The notes under the pieces: model-generated | What the model saw: only the letters and a program-made list of their open reading frames with translations | Told to the model about the DNA's origin: nothing | The model's database searches: none | Source: Octopus sinensis | Lineage: Eukaryota | Assembly (NCBI RefSeq): GCF_006345805.1 | Contig: NC_043021.1 | Span: forward strand, 4,526,001 to 4,590,000 | Length of the DNA: 64,000 nucleotides | Direction of reading: 5' to 3' | Translations under genes and position numbers: made by a program | Part shown: positions 12,420-26,242 of the stretch, piece after piece | How positions within the stretch are numbered: the first letter of the stretch is position 1 | Layout: the number at the start of each line of letters is the position of its first letter

Positions 12420-12640
12420 CGTGTGTGTGTTTGTGTGTCTGTGTTTGTCCGCCTAGCATTGCTTGACAACCGATGCTGGTGTGTTTATGTCCCCGTTACT
12501 TAGCGGTTCGGCAATAGTGACCGATAGAATAAGTACTGGGCTTACAAAAGAATAAGTTCCGGGGTCGAGTTGCTCGATTAAAGGCGGTGCTCCAGCATGG
12601 CCGCGGTCAGATGACTGAAACACGTAAAAGAGAGAAAGAG
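12061..12640 (+). mobile_element. SINE family A interrupted in its internal (TA)n by a 160-bp hammerhead-bearing module
   Basis: Head 12061-12220, foreign segment 12225-12390, tail 12420-12640. Confidence 0.88.
12245..12290 (+). ncRNA. Minimal type I hammerhead ribozyme (A.C mismatch closing stem II)
   Basis: ccac CTGATGA atgtc-cttagaaga-gacac GAAA caattg TA gtgg: stem I ccac/gtgg, palindromic stem III, GUA site. Confidence 0.8.
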
Positions 12641-12989
12641 AGATATACATTAAAAATATATTGAAAAAATGAATACATATATAGGTCGACTTGCAGATTA
12701 TAAAACGAAATCATAAAAAGAGTTAAGAGTCTATAAGATAAAAAGTTTGGGTGGCACTAATCCAGTTAATTACCCTACGGTCGTCATGAAGAAAAGTTAT
12801 TTACATCCATTATTGGACACCACCTCCTTCATCAGGGAATATAACTTTCTAAAATGGCTCACATGTACTGCGTTTTTCTAAAGGGAATTACCTACTGAAT
12901 GTTTTTATAGAGCTATATGCAAAAAGACTAGGTGTTGGAAGTGTTTTTGAGTGGTTGGAGGAGGAGATGCAATGCATGAAAAGATGGGA

Positions 12990-14120
12990 TTCCGAGCTGT
13001 TCCAGTGATTGCGAACCTTGTAATGGGTTACCTAGAGCTTAAAATATATCAATCATCACTACAAAAATATGGCACCTCATTTCATTGCTATCTAAAGAGA
13101 ACTGGAAGAGGCATTTGGACGATTGCTTTATACTTTGGAAAGACAGCATGGACAAACTCCTCGATTTCAAAATAATGCTTAACATTATTAATAGCAACAT
13201 ACAATTCACCATAGAGTACAGCATTGAACAACTCCATTTTCTTGACATCCTAATCAAAATAGTCAATAGCCACATCGAAACAGACATCTTCTATAAACCC
13301 ACAGATTCTAAACAATACCCATTAGTCAACTCATGCCACCCCAAACTCATAAAAATTAATATACTTTATAATCTAGCGAAAAGAATCTGTACCATAGTTT
13401 CGGACACCTATACTCGTGAACGATGACTCCTTGAACTCAGATCAATACTAATCAAAAGTCATTACTCAATATCATTAATAAATGATGGCATTAAACAAGC
13501 TATGGAAATAGATATACAAACATTAAGGGAAGCCAACCGAAATACTATACCAGACTTTAAAGTACTCCCATACATCTCCACACATAACCCTAGACACAAC
13601 CAAGTCTTTAACATTATCATCAAAAATCTTCCCATCCTCACAGGAGATAAAACAATGAACAAAATTTTAGGTTCACACAAGATTGTCAAGAGCAAAATGC
13701 AACTTAAATCATTGAAAAAATATTAATCAGCGCAAGACTATATCCATTAACAACAGAACTAAAAGTGAAAAAATGTGGTCGTCCATCTTTTGGAGGGTTC
13801 AGAATACCATTTTAAACAAGGTGAAATATTTAAGACCAAATAAAATTTCACCTGTGCCTCAGAAAATCTAATCTATGCCTTTACATGCTTAGGGTGTGGT
13901 AATAACTATATTGGCCAAACAGAAATATCACTCCGTCGAAGAACCACTCTCCACAAAGAAAAAATCCGCCACCCACAATACAGACAGTTACAGGTTAGTG
14001 AACATATACAAAGGTGTGCTAGGAATCTTAATCCTAATTTCCTAATTTTCCCCTTCTATCGATGTTCACAGAACACCTCAGGTAACTTTCATCAATAAAT
14101 ATCTTCCACAACTCAATATG
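12990..14120 (+). mobile_element. Penelope-like element relic (RT palm/thumb plus GIY-YIG endonuclease), Neptune-like, disrupted
   Basis: MGFRAVPVIANLVMGYLE; WKRHLDDCFILW...IQFTIE...FLDILI...FYKPTDSKQY...SCHP; FTCASENLIYAFTCLGCGNNYIGQTEISLRRRTTLH. Multiple stops and frameshifts. Confidence 0.9.
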
Positions 14121-14562
14121 AACACATAACATAAAACAGAACACTACTAACCTTTCAATTAATACCACTAACCCCCATACATCCCATACACCATTCATAT
14201 TACAGATCTGTATCTATCCTAATTGCACCAAATCCAGAACTACTTACCTCTCTTACTCATAATTCTTTTACTCAGGGACTAGTAGACCTGACACCGTTCA
14301 TTAATCGGTGTGCATTCAAAGCAATGATTGCTAAATTCACGAAAACGGTATACTTTTGAATCTCTTTAACAATTCGCAAGAATGACTTTTATTACTTTTA
14401 TTCCTACCTCAGTTCATTTAATTGTATATATATCTATCGTTACTTTTCATAAAATGCCTTTACTTTTTTTGATTTCCAATGTGCATTTTCGCTTATTTTC
14501 CCTCTTTTTTCCCTTACATTTCCACGTGTAGTTTCTATTTTCTTTTTGTAACATATTTCTAT

Positions 14563-14595
<33 letters not shown>

Positions 14596-15302
14596 ATAAA
14601 TTCAGGGTGAATACTTGATAAATGTAAGCACCTGTATATGCCAGCTAGTAGCTAGGTGAGAGGATATACGTATCAAATGAAATAAAATGAAAAACAGGAC
14701 ACAAAGGATGTTGCGGTTCATATGTTTCGAGCTTTATAGAACAACTTATTCTTACATCAATGCATAATCGACATAACAGATAGTTCAAAAGCCATCTTCA
14801 GCCGAATGCAATTGCTACACCAAAAACTTGTATCACATTATGAAAGGTTTGAGAAAAAACATTTGGTATTGTTTATAATGGTAGGTAAGCCGAGTATCAC
14901 TGGGAAAATATGTTTGTAAATCTTCATAGGCGTACATGGTATTATTAGACTCCCCCAAAAAATCGTCTATACCGTTTTCTCACTCAATATAGAATTATAT
15001 ATATATATAGACAAAGTGTAGCTATGTATTGATAGGTGCATGTATATATATATATATATAATTAAAATATGTGGAACACTGCTATAGTGGCAGTAATGAA
15101 GTGATGGAGTTGACGGAGGGCCAGACTAGATGTTTTATAATAAAACTAGTACCAGTCATACACTGAGGATCGACCAAACTAAGTCTGTCTATCTTTCTTA
15201 CCTTCCTCAATACATTTTTGATCCCACATTACTGTTAGAAATCAAAATATTTTTATATATCTATTTGTCTTAATATCTCTACTTTCTTTCTTTCCTCTCT
15301 TG

Positions 15303-15326
15303 CTATCTATCTATCTATCTATCTAC

Positions 15327-15408
<82 letters not shown>

Positions 15409-15409
15409 G

Positions 15410-15500
<91 letters not shown>

Positions 15501-15535
15501 TTCTGTCTGTCTGTCTGTCTGTCTGTCCATTTATC
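15303..15535. repeat. (TCTA)n/(TCTG)n microsatellite followed by TG/CA-rich simple repeats to about 16070
   Basis: Direct reading. Confidence 0.97.
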
Positions 15536-16244
15536 TATGCATTTAACAATACTATCTATTTGTATGTCCATCTGTGTGTCTGATATATACCGAAACACGT
15601 TTAGAAGCAGTAAACATAGACACAATACATCATACATGTGTGCGTGCACGCATATACGTATGTATGTACGCATACACGCACGCACACACACCCACACACA
15701 GATAATATAATTACACATGTGTGTATATAATTACACACACACACACATATATATATATATGTGTGTGTGTGTGTGTATCTGTGTGTGTACAGACACATAT
15801 ACACAAACACATACATACACCTATACACTCGTACACACACACATGCACACGCACGCGCACACATAGATAATGATATAATTACACATATGTGTATATAATT
15901 ACACACATATGTATATATATGTGTGTGTGTGTATGTGTGTGTGTATATATATATATATATATACACATATATACACACACCTATACACTCGTACACACAC
16001 ACATGTACACACACACACGCACTCGCACCACACACACACACACACATATATACACTCGTACACACACACATGCAGATAGAGTGCTGTCAGAAAGCAGCGC
16101 CATCAAACGGTGTTAGCACAGCTTAAGTGATAAAGTATAAATTGAGAAGCCTGAGTCTGCTTTATCCAATATACAGCTGATTTATAAAGCAAAGTAATCT
16201 GATTGGTGTGTAAAAGGCTGGGGAGAAGGGACAGGGGTTCAATT

Positions 16245-16740
16245 TCTGGTGATGGTGGTGGTAGTGGTGGTGGCAGTGGAGGAAATGGCTGTAATGATGA
16301 TGATGTTGGTGATGGCGGTCTTTGTAGTGGTTGGTGATGGTATTAGTTGTGGTGATGATGGTGCAGAATGATGGTAAAGGTGGTAGTGGTGTTGAAGGAG
16401 GCGGTGGTGGTATTGTTGATGGAGGCGGTGGTGGTATTGTTGATGGAGGCGGTGGTGGTATTGTTGATGGAGGCGATGGTGATGGTTGTGTGATGATGAT
16501 GGTGGTGGTGAGGATGATGCTGCTGCTAGTGGTGGTAGTGGTAATGACAGTGCCGATGGCGTTAGTGGTAATGATGGTGCTGATGGTGGTGATGGTGGTG
16601 ATGATAGTGTTGTTGATGGTGATGATGATGACGACGGCGATAATGATGACGATGATGATGATGATGATGACGATGACGACCACGACGACGATAGTGGTGA
16701 TGACGATGGCGGTGATGGACATAGTCCTGGATACGATGAC
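16245..16740. repeat. (GGT/GAT)n triplet low-complexity tract with a 21-bp subrepeat ggtggtattgttgatggaggc
   Basis: Direct reading; three to four copies of the 21-mer at about 16405-16475. Confidence 0.9.
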
Positions 16741-16924
16741 CACAAAGGCAATTGTGCTGTCGGTGGCTGTAGATGTTGCCGTTTAAGTTTGCATACGACG
16801 GACGGTTTGACCTGCTAGAAAGAGAAGCCAAATGTACTTCAGCTTGTTTTGCCAAAGGAACGACAGGGCACATATAACATAATGTAAAATAAATGTCGTA
16901 AAAATATCGTAAAAAATATGCATG

Positions 16925-17360
16925 TACAAACTACCGTTGTATAACGTTATGCATGTTATACCGTTATACGTGTTATACGGTTATACATGTTATACGGTTA
17001 TACATGTTATACCGTTATACATGTTATACCGTTATACATGTTATAACGTTATACATGTTATACCGTTATACATGTTATACCGTTATACATGTTATACCGT
17101 TATACATGTTATAATGTTATACATGTTATACATGTTATACCGTTATACATGTTATACCGTTATACATGTTATAACGTTATACATGTTATAACGTTATACA
17201 TGTTATGCATGTTATACCGTTATAATGTTATATCGTTATACATGTTATACCGATATACATGTTATTCCGTTATACATGTTATACCGTTATACATGTTATA
17301 ACCGTTATACATGTTATAACGTTATGCATGTTATGCATGTTATACCGTTGTATAACATGG
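16925..17360. repeat. Minisatellite, about 17-bp unit tatacatgttata(c/a)cgt
   Basis: About 25 variant units; explains the MLYRYTCY ORFs. Confidence 0.93.
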
Positions 17361-17460
17361 TCATGCTACGTGCTAAGTTCAGCTTAACGTCGCAAGGCTC
17401 GGCGAAAATATCTACACCGACGCCTACTTGCTGCTTCTTTTTTACGATAGATAAGATCTA

Positions 17461-19153
17461 CTCCGAAAATAAGCCCTACCATGATTTTTCAGGATGTTTT
17501 TAATAAAAATCCTATCCCGAAAATATAACCTAATCAAAAATGCGTCAGTTTGTTAGCAAGACCATGTAACTTTGCAAAATAGACCAACTGCTGCAACTTG
17601 GCTAAAGTCTGCAATAAGCGCGCATGCACAGAGTTGACTCTCTTGGCTTGACACCCTGGTCCCCAGGCTAGAAGAGTTATTTCGTGGAGTACAAGAAAGG
17701 AATTGTAGAAGAAGCACATAACAAGAATCTTACTGTAAGGAGAAGATGTTGCATCTCCGAATGGTTCGAAAATGGCGAGCAGAGTAGGATAATCTCAGCA
17801 GGTAGGTGGCTAAAAGAAGTGCTAAGAAGTGCAAGTGTGAATCAGGTCGACAACCGTTATTTTCGGAGCTGGAAGATATCACCTCGGGATGGATTGCTGA
17901 CTGAAGAACAAAGGTTTTGGTTGTACTCAGGGCTGATATTCAAGAATTTGCTCTTGCAATGACACCACTGTTGGATATACCCCCAGAGATATTCAAAGCA
18001 TCACCTCATTGGTTGGATAACTTCCTTCGGCGATGAGAGCTCTCTCTCTAAGAAGATCGACAACACTTTCCAAACTGGAGGATGCTGAAGTGATTCAACG
18101 TGCACTTGCATTCACGTCCTTCATTGATGGCATCGACTTTTCTAAATACAATCTCTCCAACATAATTGATATGGATGAGACTGCAGTATTTATGGACCAA
18201 GGATCTAAAACGACAATTGAACAGACAAGTACCTCGTCAATCTACATTGCCTCAACGGGTTATGAAAGTGCAAGAGTTACTTGTATTTTAGCGAATCGCC
18301 TTGATGGCACAAAAGTCCCACCACTTATCATCACAAAGGGCAAAACAGAGAAAATAGAACGAGTTTCGGGCATTTATGTCCTTGAAACGAAAAAGGGTTG
18401 GTTCACACAAGCTGTTATAAGAAAATGGGTTGGATTTAACTATACCACTTGTTTTATGTGATTCTCAAAGAGGTTTTTTTAGTCTGGGATTCGGCCAGTG
18501 CTCATCGTACAAAAGATGTGAAAACCTTCCTTTCTGAAAGAATTGAGCACTTAATGATTCCCGCGGGAATGGCTACAAACATTAGATCTTGTAATAAGCA
18601 AGCCCTTCAAGGATTATTTGCGGATGGAAGTGAATGAATATGTCGAACATAGAATAGAGAGAAATCAGAATGGTAACTTTGTCAAACCCAATCTCCAAGA
18701 AGTCGTGAATTGGGTGAAGAATTCATGGAATAAAATTACCGACAGTTGCGTTGCCGATGAACTACGAGCAGATTACTTGGACAAAAAGTGTTCATTTAAG
18801 GAAGGTTATATTGCCAAAGGAAAGAGAGATTGGGGTCCATGATTCTACAGGAAATGAATTTGCAAGAAATTCAGCCCGAAGTTCGGGGTTTGATGACTTA
18901 TAACGATGTTCCAGAAGAGGACGAAATGGTTGTACATGACTGACAACAATAAGAAAAAATAAATAAACTTTTGATAACTAAAAACATGGGTTTCCTTTTT
19001 ACGATTTTTTTCTTTTTACATGAGGACACGAGACTTTTTTGTATTTCTCGGATTTTTTCCAAAAAGATATACGATATCTCCCGGAAATAAGCTCTAGTTT
19101 GTCTTTTTGATGCAAAATTAATATAAGACCGTGTCTTATTTTCGGAGAAACAC

Positions 19154-19157
<4 letters not shown>
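17461..19157 (+). mobile_element. pogo/Tigger-type Tc1-mariner DNA transposon fossil (transposase pseudogene about 17665-18940)
   Basis: BrkDBD-like RRSYFVEYKKGIVEEAH; CENP-B HTH-like FKASPHWLDNFLRR; DDE segments IIDMDETAVF...TGYESARVTCILA..DGTKVPPLI, LVWDSASAH, LDLVISKPFKDYLR. Right TIR (rc ccgtgtttctccgaaaataagac) ends at 19155 followed by TA; the left end retains ctccgaaaataag at 17461. Confidence 0.9.
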
Positions 19158-19210
<53 letters not shown>

Positions 19211-19298
19211 GATACATATATACATATATATACAAATATATATGTATGTATATATATATATACATTCTACTACAAACATATATATATATACATACATA

Positions 19299-19331
<33 letters not shown>

Positions 19332-19332
19332 G

Positions 19333-19379
<47 letters not shown>

Positions 19380-19383
19380 ATTA

Positions 19384-19686
19384 ATAGTTATCGCCAAGTT
19401 AACATGCAGTCCAGAAAAATAGGACGAATGGTGCCGTTGATTAACTCTAAGAGTCCATCGCCTCTAGCTAGCTATGTGACACACGAACCTGTGTCCATTT
19501 TAACCTTCGAAAAGGGGAGGTCAACCGCTTCCCCTTGCCGGTCTGGCATCTGCAGACTAGTTTCAGGATATTTGCCCCTTATTAATGTAGAGCAGCCGAA
19601 TCAGGCAGGTGTCGCTACTGACCGTCTGTTCGAGGGATTATTTACCTAAATTCAGTGGAGTGCCACGTTAGCTTGGCGATAACTAT
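19384..19686 (-). mobile_element. About 300-bp segment bounded by a 23-bp inverted repeat, with a degenerate hammerhead on the minus strand
   Basis: Arms 19384-19406 and 19664-19686 (2 mismatches); minus strand CTGATTC...GAAA ctag TC at 19550-19609; the left arm abuts (TA)n. Confidence 0.6.
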
Positions 19687-19959
19687 CGATATTCAGTACC
19701 GCTGCCGTAGTCTCCGTTAGAGAGACTTAGATATATTAATATTTCTATTTTTGAAAACCAGTGGATGTATTCCACTGAATTTAGGTAGTGGTGGTGGTGG
19801 TGGTGGTGATGAAAGAAAACGCACGAAAAGAAAAGACAATAGAAAGACATGAAAACCATATACAGACAGACAGACAGACAGACAAACTGTGATAGAAGGA
19901 GAATGAACCAAAAGGGGAAAGAGAAATAGATGATCCCGATTGAGAAGAAGAAGAAGAAG

Positions 19960-19986
19960 AAGAGGAATAATAATAATAATAATGAC

Positions 19987-20024
<38 letters not shown>

Positions 20025-20049
20025 CAACAATAATAATAATAATAATAAT

Positions 20050-20094
<45 letters not shown>

Positions 20095-20111
20095 AATAAT
20101 AATAATAATAA

Positions 20112-20142
<31 letters not shown>

Positions 20143-20150
20143 AAGAAGAA
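19960..20150. repeat. (AAT)n(AAC)n(AAT)n(AAG)n compound microsatellite
   Basis: Direct reading. Confidence 0.97.
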
Positions 20151-20666
20151 AATGTTGACGATAATGATGATGACGATGGTTATGATGATGTCGAGTCGAT
20201 GAAGATGATAAAGAAAACGAAGGAGACAAAGAAGGAAGAACAGGCGGAGAAGAAGAAAGAATAACGATGTTGTTGTTGTTGATAATGATGATTAGGAAAA
20301 GGAAGAAGGTGGAAGTGGAGGTGACGAAGAAGAAGAAGGGAATGAGAGAAAACAGAATGGAAAGAAAAGAGATAGAAAGAACTAATAAGAATAACGAGGG
20401 AAGTGTCAATGGAATATGTTTTTGTGGGATTAGTGATGGATTAACGATGTTTAAGGATCAAGATGAAGAGGGATTAGAGAGAGAGAGAGGTAGAGAGCAA
20501 GAAGTCAAAGATTTATCGAGGAGAGGAATGAGAATATGGAGAGGAGTAATAAATATCGCAACACGGAAGAAGTCAATGTGCAACAATTACTTAATGAGTT
20601 ACTTAAACTGGAGAGCTGGATGGTGGTGGTGGTGGTGGTGGTGGTTGCGGCAGTGGTATGTGGCAG

Positions 20667-20729
<63 letters not shown>

Positions 20730-20829
20730 CACAACAATTGGTTATTAGTATTGTTACTCCCAAGGAAAATTAATAAGATATAATTGCATAGATATAAAGA
20801 TATAAAGCCTTATGCATCCACTGCAAATC

Positions 20830-21300
20830 CCTACATATGTATATATAAATACATATGTATATATATAAACAGAAATAATCAGAAAATGGAGAAAACCTCA
20901 GATTAACAAACACATCGATTGGACCACATTTATAGCTTATTTTTTTAATACAAAGCATGACAACAAAATACGTGACGTAAAACAATCTTACGGCCGTTTC
21001 CGATCCGTTGCCAAAACGCTGTCTATAAATAATTGCGAAAATAAAGTCCTTCATCTTCATGGGACATTCGAATTAAGGCACGGATCTTCAGTAGAATTAA
21101 TTAAATTCCTATTCTTAAAAGATTTCATGTGTTGAGCCACTCGTAATTTAATTTTATTAGAAGTCGTCCCTATGTAAATCGCATTTAAATTATAACCATT
21201 CCTATTATTATCATCAATCAAAGTCACTACACATTTATATACTACATCATCGAAATTACATTTATTACTAAATTTGTTATTGAATTTACACATAAAAAGA
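20830..21300 (-). mobile_element. Penelope-like element fragment: GIY-YIG piece plus pLTR-like tail with hammerhead remnant
   Basis: DVVYKCVVT...AIYIGTTSNKIKLRVAQHMKSFKNRNLINST; downstream on the same strand ATGAAGA...GAAA cggccg TA (21060 to 20989). Confidence 0.7.
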
Positions 21301-21702
21301 GTGAAAGCAGCAGGGACAGGTAAAGGATATCACTGGAAGTCTCTTGCTGGATCTCTACACAGCCGGCGAACATTGGGCGATGACCGTTCCAGTACAGAAC
21401 TCATGTGAGTAACTGTGCTCTCCGTGTTCTCTAGTACTGACAAAGCAGGTCTATTTAGACACAAAACTAGTCTCCCAACAGGGGAAGGGGAGAGAAAAGG
21501 AGCCTGAAAAATTGCTTACTCACCTTAAAGTTGTCAGCCCGCTGCACATGTCTGGTTATTCAGTAACGCAGTCAAAACATGAAAAAAATCTAAGAATATT
21601 AACTTTGGTTCTTGGAATGTGCGCTGATGATGGAGGTGTGTTGGATTGTTGCTATGGCTGTTTTTGTACATGTGTAATAGTATTATAACACATCCTTTTG
21701 AC

Positions 21703-21780
<78 letters not shown>

Positions 21781-21784
<4 letters not shown>

Positions 21785-22080
21785 AGGCGCAATGGCCCAG
21801 TGGTTAGGGGCAGCGGACTCGCGGTCGTAGGATCGCGGTTTCGATTCCCGGACCGGGCGTTGTGAGTGTTTATTGAGCGAAAAACACCTAAAGCTCCACG
21901 AGACTCCGGCAGGGGGTTGGTGGCGATCCCTGCTGTACTCTTTCGCCACAACTTCCTCTCATTCTTTCTTCTGTTGGCCTGCTCGCTTAGCCATTTGAAG
22001 ACTAAGACAATGCGAAACGCATTGTGACCAGCGATGTGTAACAACATCTGATAGCCTGGTCGGTCACCATGATCACAGTG
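21781..22080 (+). mobile_element. tRNA-derived SINE family C, tail type 1
   Basis: Head gtggaggcgcaatggcccagtggttagggcagcggactcgcggtc...ggtttcgattccc; tail shared with 37526-37835. Confidence 0.9.
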
Positions 22081-22454
22081 ATATATGTATATGTTTGTAT
22101 GTATTTATGTGTATATTATTCTATATATATATTACTCACTATATGTTCCATAATATTTCTCAACGTGTGGAGATATTGGGTTTGAAATCATGCAGACAGC
22201 GAAACTTTGTCAGCTTAAATTTTTCTGGTATTGCTTTAAAATTACGGATACATTATTACACTGCTTATTTGTATCAAGTACTCTTTCCTGGTGTCTTTGA
22301 TATTATTCATCAAACATAATACAATAACATCTCCTTTCTATCTTATACTCATATTGCATATCAAAATATCAATCTAATGATTTGTGATATACAGATACTA
22401 TTTATGTCAAAACTATGTTCAAACGATTTCTGATATAAAGATGCAACACACACA

Positions 22455-22500
<46 letters not shown>

Positions 22501-23034
22501 ACACACACACGCACGCATATAAGAAGTACGGCTTGATATCGTATCAACAAAGTATCGCAGCACGCGTATTTGTATGTCCAGACGTCGTTTCAACGATTTG
22601 GAATAAACTGATGTAACACATATATCGAATATCAAGATATCGTTGCAACATTTTTGCGATATATGTACAGATGCTCAATATAATCGAGTGTTCTTAGCAT
22701 TAAAAGATGAATTTAGCAAGTATGGATTTATAGCCCTCACACTACTCTGCCAAACAGTTTGACTCCGTTAAACAAACCTGTCAGGAAACTACTGGAGAAG
22801 ACACAGGATTTAGTTAAGGACAGGCGTTGGAACGTGGCTTTGTTTGACATAAAACTATGTATGAAAACAACCGCCATCTAACAATTAAGGTTCTAAAAAT
22901 CTTTTGCATCAAACCTTCTGGATATTTTATTATTTTTTTTATTTTATCTAGTTTCAGCTCACGAGTTGTGGCCATGCTGGGGCACCGCCATATCATAATG
23001 AAGATTTAATTCCATAAGTATATGGGTTCGAATT

Positions 23035-23235
23035 TTGGCACAAGGCCAGCAAATTTTAAGGTGAGGGGTTAGTCGATTACATTGACTACAGTGCTCAACT
23101 AGTATTTATTTTACTGACCCCGAAAGGATGATAGGCAAGTTGATCTCGGCGGCATTTGAATACAGGACGCAGAGAGCTGGAAGAAATACTATTAATGATT
23201 CTGTCTATCAACGATTCTTCAGCTCACCGCATTTT
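23035..23235 (-). mobile_element. Older family B-related SINE, degenerate
   Basis: cccgaaaggatgataggcaagttgatctcggcggcatttgaa matches the reverse complement of the family B body. Confidence 0.7.
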
Positions 23236-23601
23236 CCCTAAGTATAATAAATACTTTTCAAACAAGCGTAAAACATAACGTGAAGCAAAATAAGAAACAT
23301 TTTAAAACTTAAGTCTTTAGAAATAATAAAACAAAAGAGCTAGAAGCTTGTCTGGAATAGATAAAGTACTACACAAAGCAGCCATTAAATTAAATATTAA
23401 ATGATATTACATAAAACTATATAAAAACAGGCAGTAAAACAACATGTAAAAATATAAACAGCGAATTTTAGATAATATACTGGGATCCTTTTTTTAGCGA
23501 AGCGCCAAACATTCATTACAATTAAGGACCAAAAAGAAAACATTACAGCAAATCCTAAATGCCGTTAATTAAACTAAGCCTAATGTGACATAGGTATATT
23601 C

Positions 23602-24000
23602 AGTGGCTGTGTGGTAAGTAGCTTGCTTACCAACCACATTGTTGCGGGTTCAGTCCCACTGCGTGGCACCTTGGACAAGTGTCTTCTGCTATAGCCTCAG
23701 GCTGACCAAAGCCTTGTGAGTGGATTTGGTAGACGGAAACTGAAAGAAGCCCGTCGTATACATGTATATATATATATGTGTATGTATGTGTGTATATGTT
23801 TGTGTGTCTGTGTTGGTCCCCCTAGCATTGCTTGACAACTGATGCTGGTGTGTTTACGTCCCCGTAACTTAGCGGTTCGGCAAAAGTGACCGATAGAATA
23901 AGTACCAGGCTTACAAAGAATAAGTTCTGGGGTCGATTTACTCGACTAAAGGCGGTGCTCCAGCATGGCCGAAGTCAAATGACTGAAACAAATAAAAGAA
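23602..24000 (+). mobile_element. SINE family A copy
   Basis: Consensus match. Confidence 0.92.
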
Positions 24001-24194
24001 TAATAACCTTCGACAGTTTACTAGTAATAATAATGATAATGTTATTAGATGGTTACAAAATATTGATAAGCTCACATAGATTTACACAACCTAATTGAAT
24101 TTTATCCCCAATATCTAAAAACTCTATGAAGCAACACTTCAGAACTTTCTACGAGCTACATTATTGCGGACGATAGTTATATAGATAGTTATAT

Positions 24195-24610
24195 AGGCGC
24201 AGGAGTGGCTGTGTGGTAAGTAGCTTGCTAACCAACCACATGGTTCCGGGTTCAGTCCCACTGCGTGGCATCTTGGGCAAGTGTCTTCTGCTATAGCCCC
24301 GGGCCGACCAATGCCTTGTGAGTGGATTTGGTAGATGGAAACTGAAAGAAGCCCGTCGTATATATGTATATATATATGTATGTGTGTATTTGTGTGTCTG
24401 TGTTTGTCCCCCTAGCATTGCTTGACAACCGATGCTGGTGTGTTTATGTCCCCGTCACTTAGCGGTTCGGCAAAAGAGACCGATTGAATAAGTACTGGGC
24501 TTACAAAAAGAATAAGTCCCGGGGTCGATTTGCTCGACTAAAGGCGGTGCTCCAGCATGGCCGCAGTCAAATGACTGAAACAAGTGAAAGAGTAAAGGAG
24601 TAAAAGAGAG
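24195..24610 (+). mobile_element. SINE family A copy, full length
   Basis: Consensus match. Confidence 0.93.
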
Positions 24611-25447
24611 ATAAAATAATGCATGCTAAAGAAAGCCCATACTTTTGTAAAAAAAAAAAAAAAGGTATGGGTCATATGACAGTGTAGATCTAAGTTTCAG
24701 GGTGTACTTACAAAGTAATTTACGACATGAGCCTGAGGCTCTTACAGAGATGACGGTAAACTATAGAAATAATCACTAATTGTCACACATTAGACAAATT
24801 AAGCCCGAACATTGTCTACATTTCCAGCACTTTCGGCTTTAAAAAAGCTATATATTCACTAACGCTACAGATTATTTTCACACTAGATTTAACAACTAGC
24901 ACAAACCATTTAGAAGCTCAATTAAAAATTCTTTAACATTAACATATAATTGTGTAAATACTACCGTCTGTAGCTTTTAAGAACTTCATTAATAACATTG
25001 TCTGAAGGATTTCAAATCTTTTCACAAATAATGAAATATTCGATTAAGCGGATCCTACAACAAAACATTTTATCAGCTGACTGATTCAAAGAGAATTTTT
25101 ACCTTTTCGCCTTACTCCGTGACTCCAAATTAAGAGAGACACTGTAATGTCATATGTATGCCCAATTTTATTCGATGTTGAATATAAAATGTTAATATAA
25201 AATGTTAAATATAAAATGTTAATATAAAATACACAGAGAAAAAAAAAGAATATTTAACAGACATAAACTGAAAGTAAACTCTCTCTCTCTTCGTCTCTCT
25301 CTCACTCGCTCCGTTTCTGTCTATATGTATTCAGTTGCACTGAGATGCTTTGGCGAAACTATGGTGTGACTTTGATAGTCTACTCTCATGTACAGACAAA
25401 AAACACCCACGCAAACAATGATACCAATTTGCGAACGCAAACACTTC

Positions 25448-25486
<39 letters not shown>

Positions 25487-25566
25487 GCACACATGCACAC
25501 ACACACACACGAAGACCCAGACACACACAGACACGCAAACGCACACATACTTGAACACACACACAG

Positions 25567-25604
<38 letters not shown>

Positions 25605-26175
25605 ACACACACACACACACGAAGACCCAGACACACACACACACGCAAACGCACACATACACGAACACACCTATATATACACGTTTGCTGAAGCACACAA
25701 ATGCCTATACTCAACCACGCATATATAAACGCATGCATTCACATACACATATATATGTGCATGTCTATGTGTGTTTGTCTATCTATATGTGTGTGTATGT
25801 GGATGCACACACATACACACATCTGTATGTATGCATATATATATTTATATAAAACAAAATATGGCAGCATATACATCAATGTAAACACATACACGTATGT
25901 ATGTATGTATGTTTGTGTGTGTATATATATACATGTATAAATTTACGTATATATATACATGTATATGCACATATAGGTATGTATATCTATTCACACACAC
26001 ACATCTGTATGTATGCATATATTTATTTATATAAAACAAAATATGGTAGCATATACATCAATGTAAACACATAATCGTATGTATGTATGTTTGTGTGTAT
26101 ATATATATATATATATATATACATGCATATATATATATACATGTATATGCACATATAGGTATGTATATCTATTCA

Positions 26176-26242
<67 letters not shown>

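Noticed and set aside
12770-12840. Minus-strand CTGATGA upstream of the PLE RT
   Set aside because: No GAAA at the required position; at most a dead remnant.
21781-21860. SINE heads as functional tRNA genes
   Set aside because: A and B boxes are present but the cloverleafs are incomplete and always fused to SINE bodies.
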